A stretch of 64,000 nt of DNA from an uncultured Actinomycetes bacterium (GCA_963729375.1 CAVSNP010000003.1:25525-89524), one strand, 5' to 3'; counted from the first letter of the stretch, positions 1 through 10,797 are shown. The notes: generated by a model not told the origin, from the sequence alone. Numbers and translations: made by a program.

Positions 1-561
1 ATCACCGCGGTCGGAGTGCATCACGATGCGACCGGCCGTGCGCTCGACCGGGTGCTGGCGATCGCGAAGGCGATAGGCGGGCTCCGCCAGGGCGGGCTCG
101 CGCTCACTCCGATGCAGGAAGCGGTGTTGGATCTCGGGGTCGAGCAGGTGCTGTCGCCCGCGCTGACCGCCGTCAACAATGCGTTCGTGCAGACGATGAT
201 CGAGCACAACATTCCCATCGAAGCGATCGTCGTGGAGTTGGTGCTCTCGGGAGAGGTGGAACGTACCTATCGCCTGTTGCGCGAGGTCGGCTACGCGGTG
301 CAATCCGAGTTCCACTCGCCGACGAGCCAGTACGGGCAGCTGACGCGACGAGGTCGGTACGACCATCTTGACTTCGCCGCGACGATGCGAGCCCTCGCCG
401 ACGACATCGAGTCGGGGCGGTTCGCCGACGAATGGGATGCCGAACGCGACGCTGGCTACCCGACACTCACCCGGTTGCGGGAACAGTACGCCGGCTCGGC
501 CGTACGGGAGTACGAAGCGGAGCTCCGGCGCCGCCTCGGGCCCAACCTCATCCGCTGGTAG
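1..561 (+). CDS. ketol-acid reductoisomerase-like protein, C-terminal domain (5'-partial at window edge)
   Basis: Open from base 1 to TAG 559-561. Motifs HSPTSQYGQLTRRG and DDIESGRFADEWDAERDAGYPTL fit the helical C-terminal domain pattern of KARI-type enzymes. Confidence 0.55.
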   Translation: MTAVGVHHDATGRALDRVLAIAKAIGGLRQGGLALTPMQEAVLDLGVEQVLSPALTAVNNAFVQTMIEHNIPIEAIVVELVLSGEVERTYRLLREVGYAVQSEFHSPTSQYGQLTRRGRYDHLDFAATMRALADDIESGRFADEWDAERDAGYPTLTRLREQYAGSAVREYEAELRRRLGPNLIRW

Positions 562-580
562 CGAGTCAACAAGGAGCAAG

Positions 581-1783
581 ATGGATCGGGTTCGAATCGG
601 GATCGTCGGCGTCGGCAACATCGCGACACTGAACGTGCCGGGATATCTCGCGCACGAGCATTGTGATGTGGTCGCGTTGTGCGATCCGCGCGCGGAGGTA
701 CTCGACCGTCGCGCCCGCGAGTGGCGCATCGATCGTACGTACGCGGAGCTCGACGCGCTGCTCGCGGATCCAGACATCGACGCGGTCGAGATTTTGGGCC
801 CTACCCCGCTGCACGCCGAACACGTGATCGCAGCAGCACACGCCGGCAAGCACGTGAGCGTGCAGAAGCCGATCGCGAACACCGTGTCAGATGGCCGGCG
901 GATGGTGCAGGCCGCCGAAGACGCGGGCGTGATCTTCCGGGTCACCGAACAGGCGTGCTTCTACCCGCCGTTGCGCAAGGCCCGCGACCTCATCGCCTCG
1001 GGGATCATCGGCGCTCCAACCGTCGTGCGGATCAAGACTGTGGTGGGCCGTACCGAGTCGGAGTTCCAGGCCAACCTCGATCCGGCCGGTTACTCCTGGC
1101 GGTTCAACAATCAGAGCCCAGGCGGTCACCTGTTCGACGACGTCATGCACAAGTACGCGATGGCATTGTGGCTCGTCGACGAGCAGGTGCGCAGCGTGCA
1201 GGCCATCGTCCGACAGGGACCGCTGTTCTTCGAGGCGCCGACCGTTGCCCTGTGGGAGTACGCACGCCACGACCTCCTCGGCATGATGGAAGTGTCGTAC
1301 GCGCCCGACATGTTTATCCGCAGCGACTACTACGGCGCGGACGAGTTCTTCGAGATCCAAGGGACCCGAGGTTTCGTATGGGTGACCCGACTGTGCGGGA
1401 ACCTGCACGTCGACCTCCCACCGTTGGTGCTCTACGAAGAGGACGGCCGACAGTCGTCGTTCGCAGCGCTCGACGCGTCATACGACGCGTCGTTCCGCCA
1501 CGCGGCGGCCGGCTTCGTCGACGGGATCCTCTCAGACGAAACGCCTGATCTGTCGCCCCGAAAGGGAATCGAGGCTCTACAGCTCGCGTTTGCGGTCTAT
1601 CAGGCGTCGAATGAACGCCGGGCGGTCGATCCGAGCGAGATCGACGAGTCCGTGACACCGACCGGCTGGCCACCCAATGAGGACAAGATGCGGCGCGACG
1701 TGGAGGCGCTGTTCCGCCGCGAGGCGGCCCGCTCCGAGCGCCTGAGCGGGACGATGGGGGAGAACCCGTCCCAACGAACCTAA
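581..1783 (+). CDS. Gfo/Idh/MocA family oxidoreductase
   Basis: ATG 581 is preceded by AAGGAG (571-576). The N-terminus MDRVRIGIVGVGNIATLNVPGYL is the Rossmann motif of this family. Single intact frame. Confidence 0.85.
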   Translation: MDRVRIGIVGVGNIATLNVPGYLAHEHCDVVALCDPRAEVLDRRAREWRIDRTYAELDALLADPDIDAVEILGPTPLHAEHVIAAAHAGKHVSVQKPIANTVSDGRRMVQAAEDAGVIFRVTEQACFYPPLRKARDLIASGIIGAPTVVRIKTVVGRTESEFQANLDPAGYSWRFNNQSPGGHLFDDVMHKYAMALWLVDEQVRSVQAIVRQGPLFFEAPTVALWEYARHDLLGMMEVSYAPDMFIRSDYYGADEFFEIQGTRGFVWVTRLCGNLHVDLPPLVLYEEDGRQSSFAALDASYDASFRHAAAGFVDGILSDETPDLSPRKGIEALQLAFAVYQASNERRAVDPSEIDESVTPTGWPPNEDKMRRDVEALFRREAARSERLSGTMGENPSQRT

Positions 1784-1855
1784 ACCTGGATCCACCGATC
1801 GGTGATGGCGGTATAGGTCGCGTATGCGCGGAAAGTGCCTCCGTTCTTGGGATGA

Positions 1856-3433
1856 TTGCGGTGTTCTACGCCACATTCGTCCGAGAATCGGGAGGCACTT
1901 CCGGTGGGTTCAGTATTGCACTCGATCGATCAGCTTGAGGTGACCTTCGATGATGAGTCGTTGGTCGCGAACGCGGGGCTGATCACCCCGGCCACGTTGA
2001 TGCTCCGGCTGCGTCTCGAGGGGCTGGTGGATGCGACGGTGCGGCTTTCGGGTCGGGTTGGGGGGTCGCGTCCGGGCCGCAAGGTGTGTTCGTTGGTCGC
2101 GTCGATGTTGGCGGGCGGTTCGCATATCGATCATGCGGATGTGTTGCGGGCGGGAGCGACGGAGCGGGTGTTGCCGTTCCGGGTGATGGCCCCCTCGACG
2201 TTGGGGACGTTTTTGCGGTCGTTCACGTTCGGGCATGTCCGCCAGCTCGACAAGGTGATTGCCGAGACGTTGCGGCGGGCGTGGGCGTTCGGCGCGGGAC
2301 CCGGCAACCGCAGGCTGGTGATCGATGTCGATTCGACGATCTGTGAGGTGTACGGGAAACAGAAACAGGGCGCCGGGTATGGGTATACGAAAGTGTTGGG
2401 TTATCACCCGCTGCTCGCGACCCGGGCCGATACCGGTGAGGTGCTGCATGCCCGGATGCGGCAAGGGCAAGCGAACACGGCCCGGGGTGCGCGACGGTTC
2501 GTTGAGGAGTTGATCGCCCGGGTCCGCCATGCGGGCGCGTCGGGTGAGCTCGTGGCCCGTTTCGATGCGGGGTTCTGGTCGTACGACACGATCGCGACCC
2601 TCGCCCGTCTCGGGGTGCGTTACACGATGGCCGTCAAGGCTGGAAACACTGCGATTGCGAAGGCGATCGCGACGATCGACGAGAAAACATGGATCGCGAT
2701 CGGGTACACAGCCGATGGTGAAGCTCAAGTCTCTGAGTGTGTGTATAAGGGTCGGCGTCTGATCGTGCGACGGACCCGTCTCACCGACAAGACCCAAGCC
2801 GCGCTGTGGCCCAACTGGCGCCACCACGCGTTCTTGACCGACCTCACAGACGACACCGTCACCATCGACAAATTCCACCGTCACCACGCCGTCGTGGAAC
2901 TCGCGATCCGTGACCTCAAAGAAGGTGCCGGACTCGAACACGTCCCATCCGGGAACTTCTCCGCCAACGCAGCATGGCTCGCGTGCGCGATCCTCGCCCA
3001 CAACCTGATCCGCTGGAACACCAAACTCGGCGATATCCACCCCGACGATCAACTCACCGTCACGCGCACCATCCGCACCCAACTCATCGCCGTACCCGCC
3101 CGGATCGTCAACCTTCACGGCCAACACACCCTGCGGTTCCCCGCCCGATGGCCCTGGGCCGACACGATCCGCACCGCGCTCGCCCAACTCCGCGCCATCC
3201 CGCAACAATCAATGTGTGAGGACCTCCTCGGCTCGTGCGCAGGCAACCATGTGGTTGACAGAACGCCCAAGCACGATCAAGGAGGTCCCGGATGTCGATG
3301 GTATGTGGGTTGGATCTGCATCGAGAGCAGATCACGTTCGATGCGTTGGTGTTGGAGTCTGGGGAGTCGTGGTGCGGCAGGGTCTGGCAGCCGGATCGGG
3401 AACGGTTCCGGCGGTGGTTGGCTCGCGATGTGA
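1856..3433 (+). CDS. IS1380-family DDE transposase; native C-terminus apparently displaced by IS110 insertion near 3210
   Basis: Long ORF with LVANAGL, VIDVDSTICEVYGKQKQGAGYGYTK, RFDAGFWS and HHAVVELAIRDLKEG motifs typical of IS1380/DDE_Tnp_1_4 transposases. After ...ALAQLRAIP the ORF runs on into the next element and overlaps its transposase start. Confidence 0.8.
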   Translation: MRCSTPHSSENREALPVGSVLHSIDQLEVTFDDESLVANAGLITPATLMLRLRLEGLVDATVRLSGRVGGSRPGRKVCSLVASMLAGGSHIDHADVLRAGATERVLPFRVMAPSTLGTFLRSFTFGHVRQLDKVIAETLRRAWAFGAGPGNRRLVIDVDSTICEVYGKQKQGAGYGYTKVLGYHPLLATRADTGEVLHARMRQGQANTARGARRFVEELIARVRHAGASGELVARFDAGFWSYDTIATLARLGVRYTMAVKAGNTAIAKAIATIDEKTWIAIGYTADGEAQVSECVYKGRRLIVRRTRLTDKTQAALWPNWRHHAFLTDLTDDTVTIDKFHRHHAVVELAIRDLKEGAGLEHVPSGNFSANAAWLACAILAHNLIRWNTKLGDIHPDDQLTVTRTIRTQLIAVPARIVNLHGQHTLRFPARWPWADTIRTALAQLRAIPQQSMCEDLLGSCAGNHVVDRTPKHDQGGPGCRWYVGWICIESRSRSMRWCWSLGSRGAAGSGSRIGNGSGGGWLAM

Positions 3434-4340
3434 CTGGTCGGGCGGGGGATGGTCTGGTGGCGTTGGCAGTGGAGGGCTGTACAGGCTGGCGGTATGTGGT
3501 GGAGGAGATCACCGCGGCGGGGTTCGAGGCGCATGTCGCCGAGACGGCGGACACGAAAGCGGCGCGGAGTCGCAAGCATCGTGCCAAGACCGACCGCACC
3601 GATGCGCGTCTGTTGCGGGAGTTGTTGGCGGCTGGGGAGTTGCCGGAGTCGTGGATCCCGCCAACGGTCGTGTTGGAGTGGCGGGAGCGGGTGCGCCTGT
3701 ACAAGTCGTTGATCGATCAGCGCACCGAGTGGTGTCAGCGGATCCATGCCGAGTTGTTTCACCACGGGGTGTCGGTGCCCGAAGGTGCGATCCGTTCGGC
3801 TGCGGTCCGGGCACGAATCGCCGACAAGGATGTGCAGCTCTCGCCGGCCGCTCGGCAACGGATCCGGGTCGGCTATCAGATGATCGAGGCCACCGACACC
3901 GAAGCGTTACCGCTCAAAGCAGCGTTGACGCGTTTCGGGTTGCGCCAGCCGGCGTGTCGGGCGTTGGTCGACGCGCAGTACGGGATCGGCGGGTTGTTGG
4001 CGGTCGCGGTGTGGTGCGAGCTCGGCGACTGCCGCCGGTTCTCGCGCTCGAGACAAGCCGTGCGTCATACGGGTCTGGATGTGACCGTCGATGCGTCGAA
4101 TCGCCGGCGGCGGGTGGATATCTGGCTCGCCAAGGTCCGGAGACGTTGCGGTGGGCGTTGTACGAAGCTGCGAAGAACTCGTCACATCAGCGCAGTCCCG
4201 ACCACGCCTACTACGCCAAGCTGAAGGACCGTCATGGCGCCAAGATCGCTGCGATCTCGGTCGCACGTCTGTTCACACGCCGCTGCTATCACATTCTGCG
4301 CAACATCGATTCCGAGGTGGTGTACACCATGGCGACCTGA
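3292..4340 (+). CDS. IS110-family (DEDD) transposase, frame-disrupted
   Basis: N-terminus MVCGLDLHREQITF and ...KTDRTDARLLRELL. The C-terminal domain YGIGGLLAVAVWCELGDCRRFSRSRQAVRHTGLDVTVDAS continues as GYLARQGPETLRWALYEAAK...YYAKLKDRHGAKIAAISVARL in another frame. The shift lies in the CGG run near 4103-4114. Confidence 0.85.
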
Positions 4341-5163
4341 CCCTGACCGCGAGTGACGGCGTAGGCCGCCTCTTTCACATCAGGGTCGTCCGCGATCAGC
4401 TCCCGAAAGGTGATGCCCGCCAGCACTCGTGCTGGACGGCCTTACAACAATGACGCGATCGCGCTCCCAAGGGGGACACCCAAATACGATTGTTGTCGCC
4501 GACGACATCAGAATCGTCGAGCACCGAGGTAACGCTGGGCGCCCCCACGCCGCCGCCACCAAACCCATCCCGCACGCTCACGCAATGTCGTTCGTCTTCG
4601 CTCCGTTGCAAGCCGAACATGTCAGCAACACCAAACCGACCACGACCAACCCGAACCCGTGCGCGCTGTTGCCCGACTCGCAGAATGCAGACGCGGCGAC
4701 GACGCTAAATGAGCACGGCTCGATGCCTCCTCCGGCGGTCATCGTGTGCCGCCGCTCGTCGGCGTCAAGGTCGTTCGTCCTCGCTGCGCTGCGGGCGCTC
4801 CACCTTGACCCCTCCCACGCTGGCGGCGAAGTCCGCGACCGTGAGGAGAATCCATCACGCATCATCTCGACGGTGTGCCCCATCTCACCTCGCGGTCAAC
4901 ACGCGCCCGAAGAAGTCCTTGACACGCACACCTCAACAGGTAACTCACCTGAACGAACCACGCCGTTCGTACTCAACAAACCGTCACACCACGGCGCAGC
5001 CATCCCCAACGACGCCGCACAACACGATCCGCGCTCACCAACACGCCAAAAACGTGGCTCGCCCAACACGCACCCTCACCAACACGTCACAAACACCCGC
5101 CAAACTCACCACCGGACCCCCGACACAGTCACCACAGTCGAAAATCGGTGCTTCCAGGCTAAA

Positions 5164-6103
5164 TTGGCGGTCATCAACACGTCGTTCCGGGCTCGCCGTC
5201 GGTCTCTGCTAATCGCCCTTGGCGCGAATGCGGCGTTTCTCGTTGTCGAGCTGGTCGGCGGCTTCGTGTTCGGGAGCTTGGCGCTGATCGCGGACGCTGC
5301 GCACCTCACGTCAGATGTGTTGGCGCTCGGTTTGGCGCTAGGCGCATTGGCCCTCGCGCAGCGACCGCCCACCGAGCGCCATACGTACGGTTTCGACCGC
5401 GCCGAAGTGCTCGCCGCGCAGGTCAACGGCGTGCTGCTTTTCGCCGGAGCGGTCGCCATCGTCGTCGAGGCCGTTCGCCGGCTCGGCAGTCCCCACCACC
5501 TCGACGCGACCGGCGTGCTCGTGATCGGCATCGCCGGTGTCGTGGTCAATGTTGTCGAGCGCGCTCGCGTTGGCGCGTACCGCGCACGGAAACCTGAACA
5601 TGCGTGCGGCCCTGTGGCATCTGACGCTCGACGCGTTGGGCTCACTCGCAGTTGTTGCCTCGGCGGTCGGTGCGCTCATATTCGGATCGGATCGTCTCGA
5701 TCCGATCGCGTCGCTCGTGATCGCCGCGCTCGTACTCATCGGCGCATGGAGCGTGCTCCGCGATGCTGCACGCGTGCTGCTCGAGGCAGTTCCGAGTGAT
5801 GTCGACGTCGCCGCAGTTCGATCAGCGTTGGCGCACGAACCCGGCGTCGAAGCGGTGCACCACATGCATGTCTGGTCGCTCGGATCGGAGTCGTCGGCGC
5901 TGTCGGCCCACGTCGTGCTCACCGGACCGCTCAGCTTGCACGACGCGCAGGAGCGCGCAACAGCGTTGAAGACGATGCTCGCGGACCGATTCGGGATTGA
6001 GCACGCGACCCTCGAGGTCGAATGTCACACGTGCATCGACGATCCCGTCCACACTGGAGTTCCTCCTGTCGCTCCGGCCCATCCCGGTCACCACGAGCAC
6101 TGA
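5164..6103 (+). CDS. cation diffusion facilitator (CzcD/ZitB-like) metal efflux transporter, one frame disruption near 5553
   Basis: LLIALGANAAFLVVELVGGFVFGSLALIADAAHLTSDV, HTYGFDRAEVLAAQVNG, then in another frame NLNMRAALWHLTLDALGSLAV ... VHHMHVWSL ... His-rich tail HPGHHEH. The TTG 5164 start is a guess. Confidence 0.8.
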
Positions 6104-6112
6104 GAGCATCCG

Positions 6113-7738
6113 ATGCCCGACGCCGTCGTGATCGGTGCGGGACCGAACGGCCTCGTTGCCGCGAATATCCTCGCCGACCGCGGTTGGAGTGTCGCCGTCC
6201 ACGAGGCCGCTGCCGAGCCGGGCGGGTCGGTCCGCTCGACTGAACTCATCGAACCCGGATTCGTCAACGATCTCTTCAGCGCGTTCTATCCGCTTGCGTT
6301 CGTGTCGCCGGCGATCACGAGCCTGCATCTCGAAGACTACGGATTGCGATGGTGTCGTGCGCCGCTTGTGCTCGCGCATCCTGCTGGCGACGGGACATGC
6401 CCGGTGCTGTCCACCGATCTCGACGAGACCGCGGCGTCGCTCGACGCGGGCTACGCCGGCGACGGTGACGCCTGGCGGCGGCTCTATGACCGATGGACGC
6501 GCCTCGCGACCCGTTGCTCGCGGCGCTGTTCACGCCCACGCCGCCCATCGGCGCGAGTGCTCGACTCGCGCGGCGCGCCTGGCCCGACGGTTGGACACGC
6601 GTCGCGCGGTTCGCGCTGCTGTCCGTGCGTCGCATGGGCGAAGAGGAGTTCGGCTCCGACGCGGCACGCCGACTCCTCGCTGGATCAGCGTTGCACGCCG
6701 ACCTCTCACCCGAAGCCGTGCTGGGCGGGTTTTTCGCGTGGGTCTTGTGCGGGCTCGGTCAGGACCTCGGTTGGCCGGTCCCCGAAGGCGGCTCCGGCCG
6801 GCTGACGGCTGCGCTCGTCGCCCGGCTTCGGGCGCGTGGTGGAGAGGTGGTATGCGACTCGCCGGTCGAGCGCGTCATCGTCCGTGATCGGCGCGCCGTC
6901 GCGGTACGCACACGCGGCGACGACGTGCGCGCGACGCGGGCCGTGCTCGCCGACGTTGACGCGCCTTCGCTGTACCTCGATCTGGTGGGAGCAGAGCACC
7001 TGTCGTCGAACGTCGTCGACGACGTGCGGCGGTTCGTGTGGGACAACGCGACGGTCAAGGTCGATTGGAACCTCGATCGTCCGATTCCGTGGTCGTCGGA
7101 GCCGGCGCGGCGAGCGGGCACCGTCCATGTGGCCGACAGCGTCGACGCGTTGACCGAGTCGACGTCGGCGCTCGCCCGCGGCCTTGTCCCGGCGACTCCG
7201 TTCCTCATCATGGGCCAACAGTCGATGACCGATCCGTCGCGTATGCCGGCAGGAGCGGACACCGCCTGGGCGTACTCACATGTGCCCCGCGAGATTCGCG
7301 GCGACGCCGCCGACGAGTTGCGCAACGCTGGCGACCGTTCGACGCTCGACCGCTCCGGGCTCGAACGGTTCGCTGACCGCATGCAGCGAGAGGTCGAGCG
7401 GCTCGCGCCCGGATTCGGTGCCAGCGTGCGCGGACGGCATGTGATGGGACCGGGCGAGCTCGAAGCTCGGAACGCCAACCTCGTCGGCGGCGCGATCGGC
7501 GCCGGTACCTCGCAGCTGTATCAGCAGCTTGTCTTTCGGCCCGTGCCCGGTCTTGGGCGTCCCGAGACACCGATTCGAGGTCTGTATCTCGCGTCAGCCG
7601 AGCGCGCATCCCGGTGGCGGGGTACACGGAGCGTGTGGTGCGAATGCCGCGCGGGTCGCGGTCGCGCACGATCGTGTTCGCCGGGTCGTCGCCTTCGCGA
7701 AGAGTCGGCGCGCCGGTCCCCGCGAGCATGATCTGTGA
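6113..7738 (+). CDS. FAD-dependent oxidoreductase, phytoene-desaturase (CrtI-like) family, two frame disruptions (~6490, ~7600)
   Basis: MPDAVVIGAGPNGLVAANILADRGWSVAVHEAAAEPGG dinucleotide fold. Middle PEGGSGRLTAALVARL. C-terminal GLYLASA then SAHPGGGVHGACGANAA in a third frame. Confidence 0.75.
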
Positions 7739-8265
7739 CCTCTCTGCCTCGGTGACGATGCGCAGAGGTGAACGGGTTGCAGGATTCCCGCTTGCGTCGT
7801 GTCGGTGAATCGGCGAGCGCAACATGTGTGAAGGTCCGTCCCTCGGCTGGACGTACACGTCGTCCGAACGTGACGGCGACGACCACATCTCGCTACGGTG
7901 CCGACGGTGCGGATATCGATTCGGAAGTTGATCAGTTGGGTTTCGACCCCGCAGCAGGAAGGGTTGCGTCCGTCGTCAGACTCGGCTTGGGCGCAAAGCG
8001 TCGTCGAGCACGAACGTCGATTGGCAGCGCTGCGCACAGCGAGTCGCAGACGACGAGCACAAGGCGTCTGAGTGGGGCGACGTCGCTGCCGATAATCACG
8101 CTCAGCGTGAATCTGTGCGTTCATGCAGTGATCGCCGACCTCGCGCGGCGATGGCATGCTCGGGGGCGTACACTCGAATGTGGTTCTGCCCGGACCCCGC
8201 GGCCCAGACCCTGCTCCGTCGCCGGTCCAGAACCAGCTCTGTGACGAGCTGGGAAGGACGAGCCA

Positions 8266-8631
8266 ATGCGCGGAAACGAACCGTTGGAGTATCGACCTGG
8301 CGCGGCCCGAGCCAGGCGGGCCGATCAGGAGCTGAGTGAGCATCGCGGCGAGGCGCGGACCGCACCGGCGTCGTTGGCCCAAGCGGATGGGCAGGTCGTT
8401 GTCGAGTTGCACGACCGGGTGATCGGTCACCTCTTCGGATCGAGATTGAGGCTGGCGAGCATCTTGAGTCTCGGCAACGTCGACACGAACGTCGCCGAAC
8501 GACTTCGAGACGTGATGGATGAGCTCGGCACTGCGGCGCGAGACATCCGCCGTACGGACCGTACTCGTCTGGTCCGGCGATCCGGACCGACCCACCATCT
8601 GACCATCGTCGAACCTTCGTCCGATGGTTGA
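8266..8631 (+). CDS. possible stand-alone HisKA_3-like dimerisation/phospho-acceptor domain protein
   Basis: VVVELHDRVIGHLFGSRLRLASIL...AERLRDVMDELGTAARDIRRT resembles the H-box region of NarL-type sensor kinases. No ATPase domain follows. The upstream GAF-like remnants are uncertain. Confidence 0.35.
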   Translation: MRGNEPLEYRPGAARARRADQELSEHRGEARTAPASLAQADGQVVVELHDRVIGHLFGSRLRLASILSLGNVDTNVAERLRDVMDELGTAARDIRRTDRTRLVRRSGPTHHLTIVEPSSDG

Positions 8632-9052
8632 ACATGCTCGACCGGTACGGGTTGACGGACGCCGCTACCTGTGCAGTTTCGAAGACGGCCAAGTGTTCGC
8701 GTACGCGACACCGGTCGGTCCGGACTTCTTCCACGCAAGTGACCACAGCCCCTGGGCCCATGAGCGGGAAGGGCTGCTGTTTTCGGCGCGATCCGGCGCG
8801 CCGTTCGCGCGACGTATGGGCCAGGTGTTTCATGACATCACGTCCGACATGCCGTTGTATTACAACGGACCGAATAGATCCTCAGGGAACTGTGTCGAGG
8901 TCCGAGAGTTGGTGGTCGTTGCCGAGCGCGTTGCCTGCATGGACGACCGGCACATTTCGAGTGTCGCGTCCGGTCGGAGTGCACGGGCGGGGAGAAGCGG
9001 CGATACCGCCATCCGCTGCATCTCGCGCGACGGGTCGGGCCGAGCGTGGTGA
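8624..9052 (+). CDS. hypothetical protein with DUF397-like SSGNCVEV motif
   Basis: ORF overlapping the stop of the previous ORF. Contains NRSSGNCVEV, reminiscent of actinobacterial DUF397 proteins. The C-terminus looks out of frame. Confidence 0.3.
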   Translation: MVEHARPVRVDGRRYLCSFEDGQVFAYATPVGPDFFHASDHSPWAHEREGLLFSARSGAPFARRMGQVFHDITSDMPLYYNGPNRSSGNCVEVRELVVVAERVACMDDRHISSVASGRSARAGRSGDTAIRCISRDGSGRAW

Positions 9053-9534
9053 ACAGAACCTGCTGCGTCCTGCCGACAGGGTCGGCGATTTCGTTCGAGT
9101 GAGCGGTTCGTCTCGACGGCAGGCTCTTGCATGTGTGCGAGCGCTTCAGCGAGCGTGCAGTCGCCACGACGCTTCCGTCGCGTTGTCTCGCGCCAGTTCT
9201 GTTCTCTCGGGACACGCTGAATTGGGCTGACGGCCGTTCGTCAGTCCTTGTGCATGACGCATTGGTGGACCAGCCAGTTGTCGGCACCGATGACGATGAA
9301 CGAGCGCTGCCCGTCGGTTTTACGTTCGGCGTCGGTCACGGGCCGGGCTGACGAAGCATGTTCACCGCTCACGAAGGCTGGCAGTCGACGACTTGAAAGC
9401 GGTACACGCCAGCGGTCCACCCTGATCGCTGCGCACATCAGGGCCGAAGGTTCGAAGGTCGTGAATGCGCGGCGTCGTCGGTCAGCTTGCGTGGGTGCAT
9501 CGTTCGCCGAGCGCCCAGCGCGGCAACGATCGTT

Positions 9535-9816
9535 TCAGTCGAACAGCTCGGACGAGCGCACGAACGCCGCCAACATGCCGAAGAAGACGCCGGCGAGCAC
9601 GCCCAGGCCAACCGCGAGGGCGATCATCGCGGTCCAGTTCTGATGCTGCCTCGCGACGGCGACCGCGATCAGTCCGATGAAGAACGCGACGGCGACCGGC
9701 ACCGAAATCGCGATCGCTTTGATGGCGGTCCGTTGAAAGACTTGTTGGGGGGTCCGCGGTGGTCTGGTCCCAGGTTCGACGCTCGGTTGTTCGGCGGGAA
9801 CGATGTCATTCGTCAT
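9535..9816 (-). CDS. small membrane protein (two predicted TM helices)
   Basis: ATG 9816; 93 aa. Hydrophobic stretches AIAISVPVAVAFFIGLIAVAVA and AMIALAVGLGVLAGVFFGMLAAF. Confidence 0.5.
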   Translation of the reverse strand: MTNDIVPAEQPSVEPGTRPPRTPQQVFQRTAIKAIAISVPVAVAFFIGLIAVAVARQHQNWTAMIALAVGLGVLAGVFFGMLAAFVRSSELFD

Positions 9817-10445
9817 GGGTGTCCCTTCCGACCGGCACGCGCTCCATATGCGACGTCCCGATCGTACGTTCTCGCCGGCACCTGCGGGCCGTCGCCCGCG
9901 GTTCGGTGGCAAGCCGTCCTCGCGACGGGATGCTGGGGCCGGGGCCTCGTCTGGCGCTGGAGGCAGCGTGTCGCGACCGCAAGTTCGGCGAGCACGACGC
10001 GATTTCGATCCGCGGCCGTGCCATGCACGCGTGGTCGGCGACCGCGGCGATCTCGACGAAATTCGAGGCCCTGAACGATCGGCACGTCGAATCGGTGTTG
10101 TTGGCTCACCCACCACGGGACGTGCCCCTCCGTATGCGGTGAACGCGGGCCGGACAAGCCTGCTGGAGTCGGCGATGAGCATCTCGATCTTCAAGCACGG
10201 CAGCGACGCTGGCCGAGCACCCGCCGACGGTGCCGTACCGCGCGGACCCTGCGCGGGATCGCTTTTCCGGGGTCCGCCGGCTCGTGTGGCTCGTTTGGCA
10301 GGCACGCCACGAGCCGCCGTATCCCCCGGCGACGGTCGTGGCGTGCTGGCCCACCCCCGCTTGTGCTCGAACAGTACGTCTGCGTACGCGGATGCTCAAG
10401 AGCGAATCTGGGGGTGGCTCCATCGGTGCAGACCGACGAACGCGG

Positions 10446-10594
10446 CACGACCCGCCGGGGGGGTGGCGGGTCGTGGGTGCAAACGAGGGATGGGGGCCGT
10501 CGTTCTCCCCGATTGTCAGGTCCGACGATGACAAGGTTCTAGGCGGATTCTGTCAAGGTTCGGTCTTCCGGTCGGCCCGGCGGGCCGGAAGACC
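10446..10594 (+). repeat. hairpin+core repeat module, copy 1 (followed by a second GC hairpin)
   Basis: cacgacccgcc-N-ggcgggtcgtg (11-bp stem), conserved middle ...cgagg.a.ggg.gc.cgt..c.ccgattgt..., conserved tail ggttctaggcggattctgtcaaggtt ending at 10560, then hairpin ggtcttccgg...ccggaagacc. Confidence 0.7.
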
Positions 10595-10797
10595 GCACGC
10601 GACTTCGCGCCATCACGCCCTCGGAGCCACCCCGCGGGCGTGATGACGTTGTGATCGGTCCGCTCCCACGATCGGCGCCCCGGCGGTCTTCGGTGCCGTT
10701 GGGCATGGTCGAAGCCACGAGAACACACCCGACTCGAACACTCACAGCCCGCACGTCGGACATGCGCCGTGTCCGGGATCGAGTCGGTGTGACGCGT

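Larger units (their letters stand above)
1856..4340 (+). mobile_element. nested IS region (IS110-family element inside the 3' end of an IS1380-family element); outer boundaries not determined
   Basis: Two adjacent, overlapping transposase genes of different families. No convincing terminal repeats identified by eye. Confidence 0.6.

Noticed and set aside
1910-3208. 432-aa ORF antisense to the IS1380 transposase
   Set aside because: It has Arg/Pro/Gly-rich off-frame composition, and the sense strand carries the recognisable transposase motifs.
4918-4952. TTGACA ... TAACTC promoter-like pair upstream of the CDF gene
   Set aside because: The -10 candidate is weak and it lies about 240 nt from the presumed start. 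There is no supporting evidence.
4429-5163. Upstream 245 codons of the 456-aa ORF that runs into the CDF transporter
   Set aside because: The translation is low-complexity (Thr/Pro/His/Asn-rich) and caused by the G-poor composition. The CDF homology begins only near 5170, so it is treated as non-coding flank.
7594-8598. 334-aa minus-strand ORF and neighbours (7208-7888, 7521-7886)
   Set aside because: The composition is mostly off-frame-like. Short plausible peptides (VVAVTFGRRVRPAEGRTFTHVALAD) are not enough to call a gene.
10446-10560. Possibility that the ~116-nt module is a 5S rRNA, tRNA-like or SRP RNA gene because of its size
   Set aside because: It has none of the conserved 5S (CCGAAC...GGGAGAGTAGG), tRNA cloverleaf or SRP GGAA/AGCA motifs. 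The three copies also differ too much for rRNA paralogues.
10531-10560. TTGACA/TTGACC plus TAGAAC on the minus strand of the module tail as a promoter
   Set aside because: The spacing between the two hexamers is only 9 nt, which is incompatible with a sigma-70-type -35/-10 pair.
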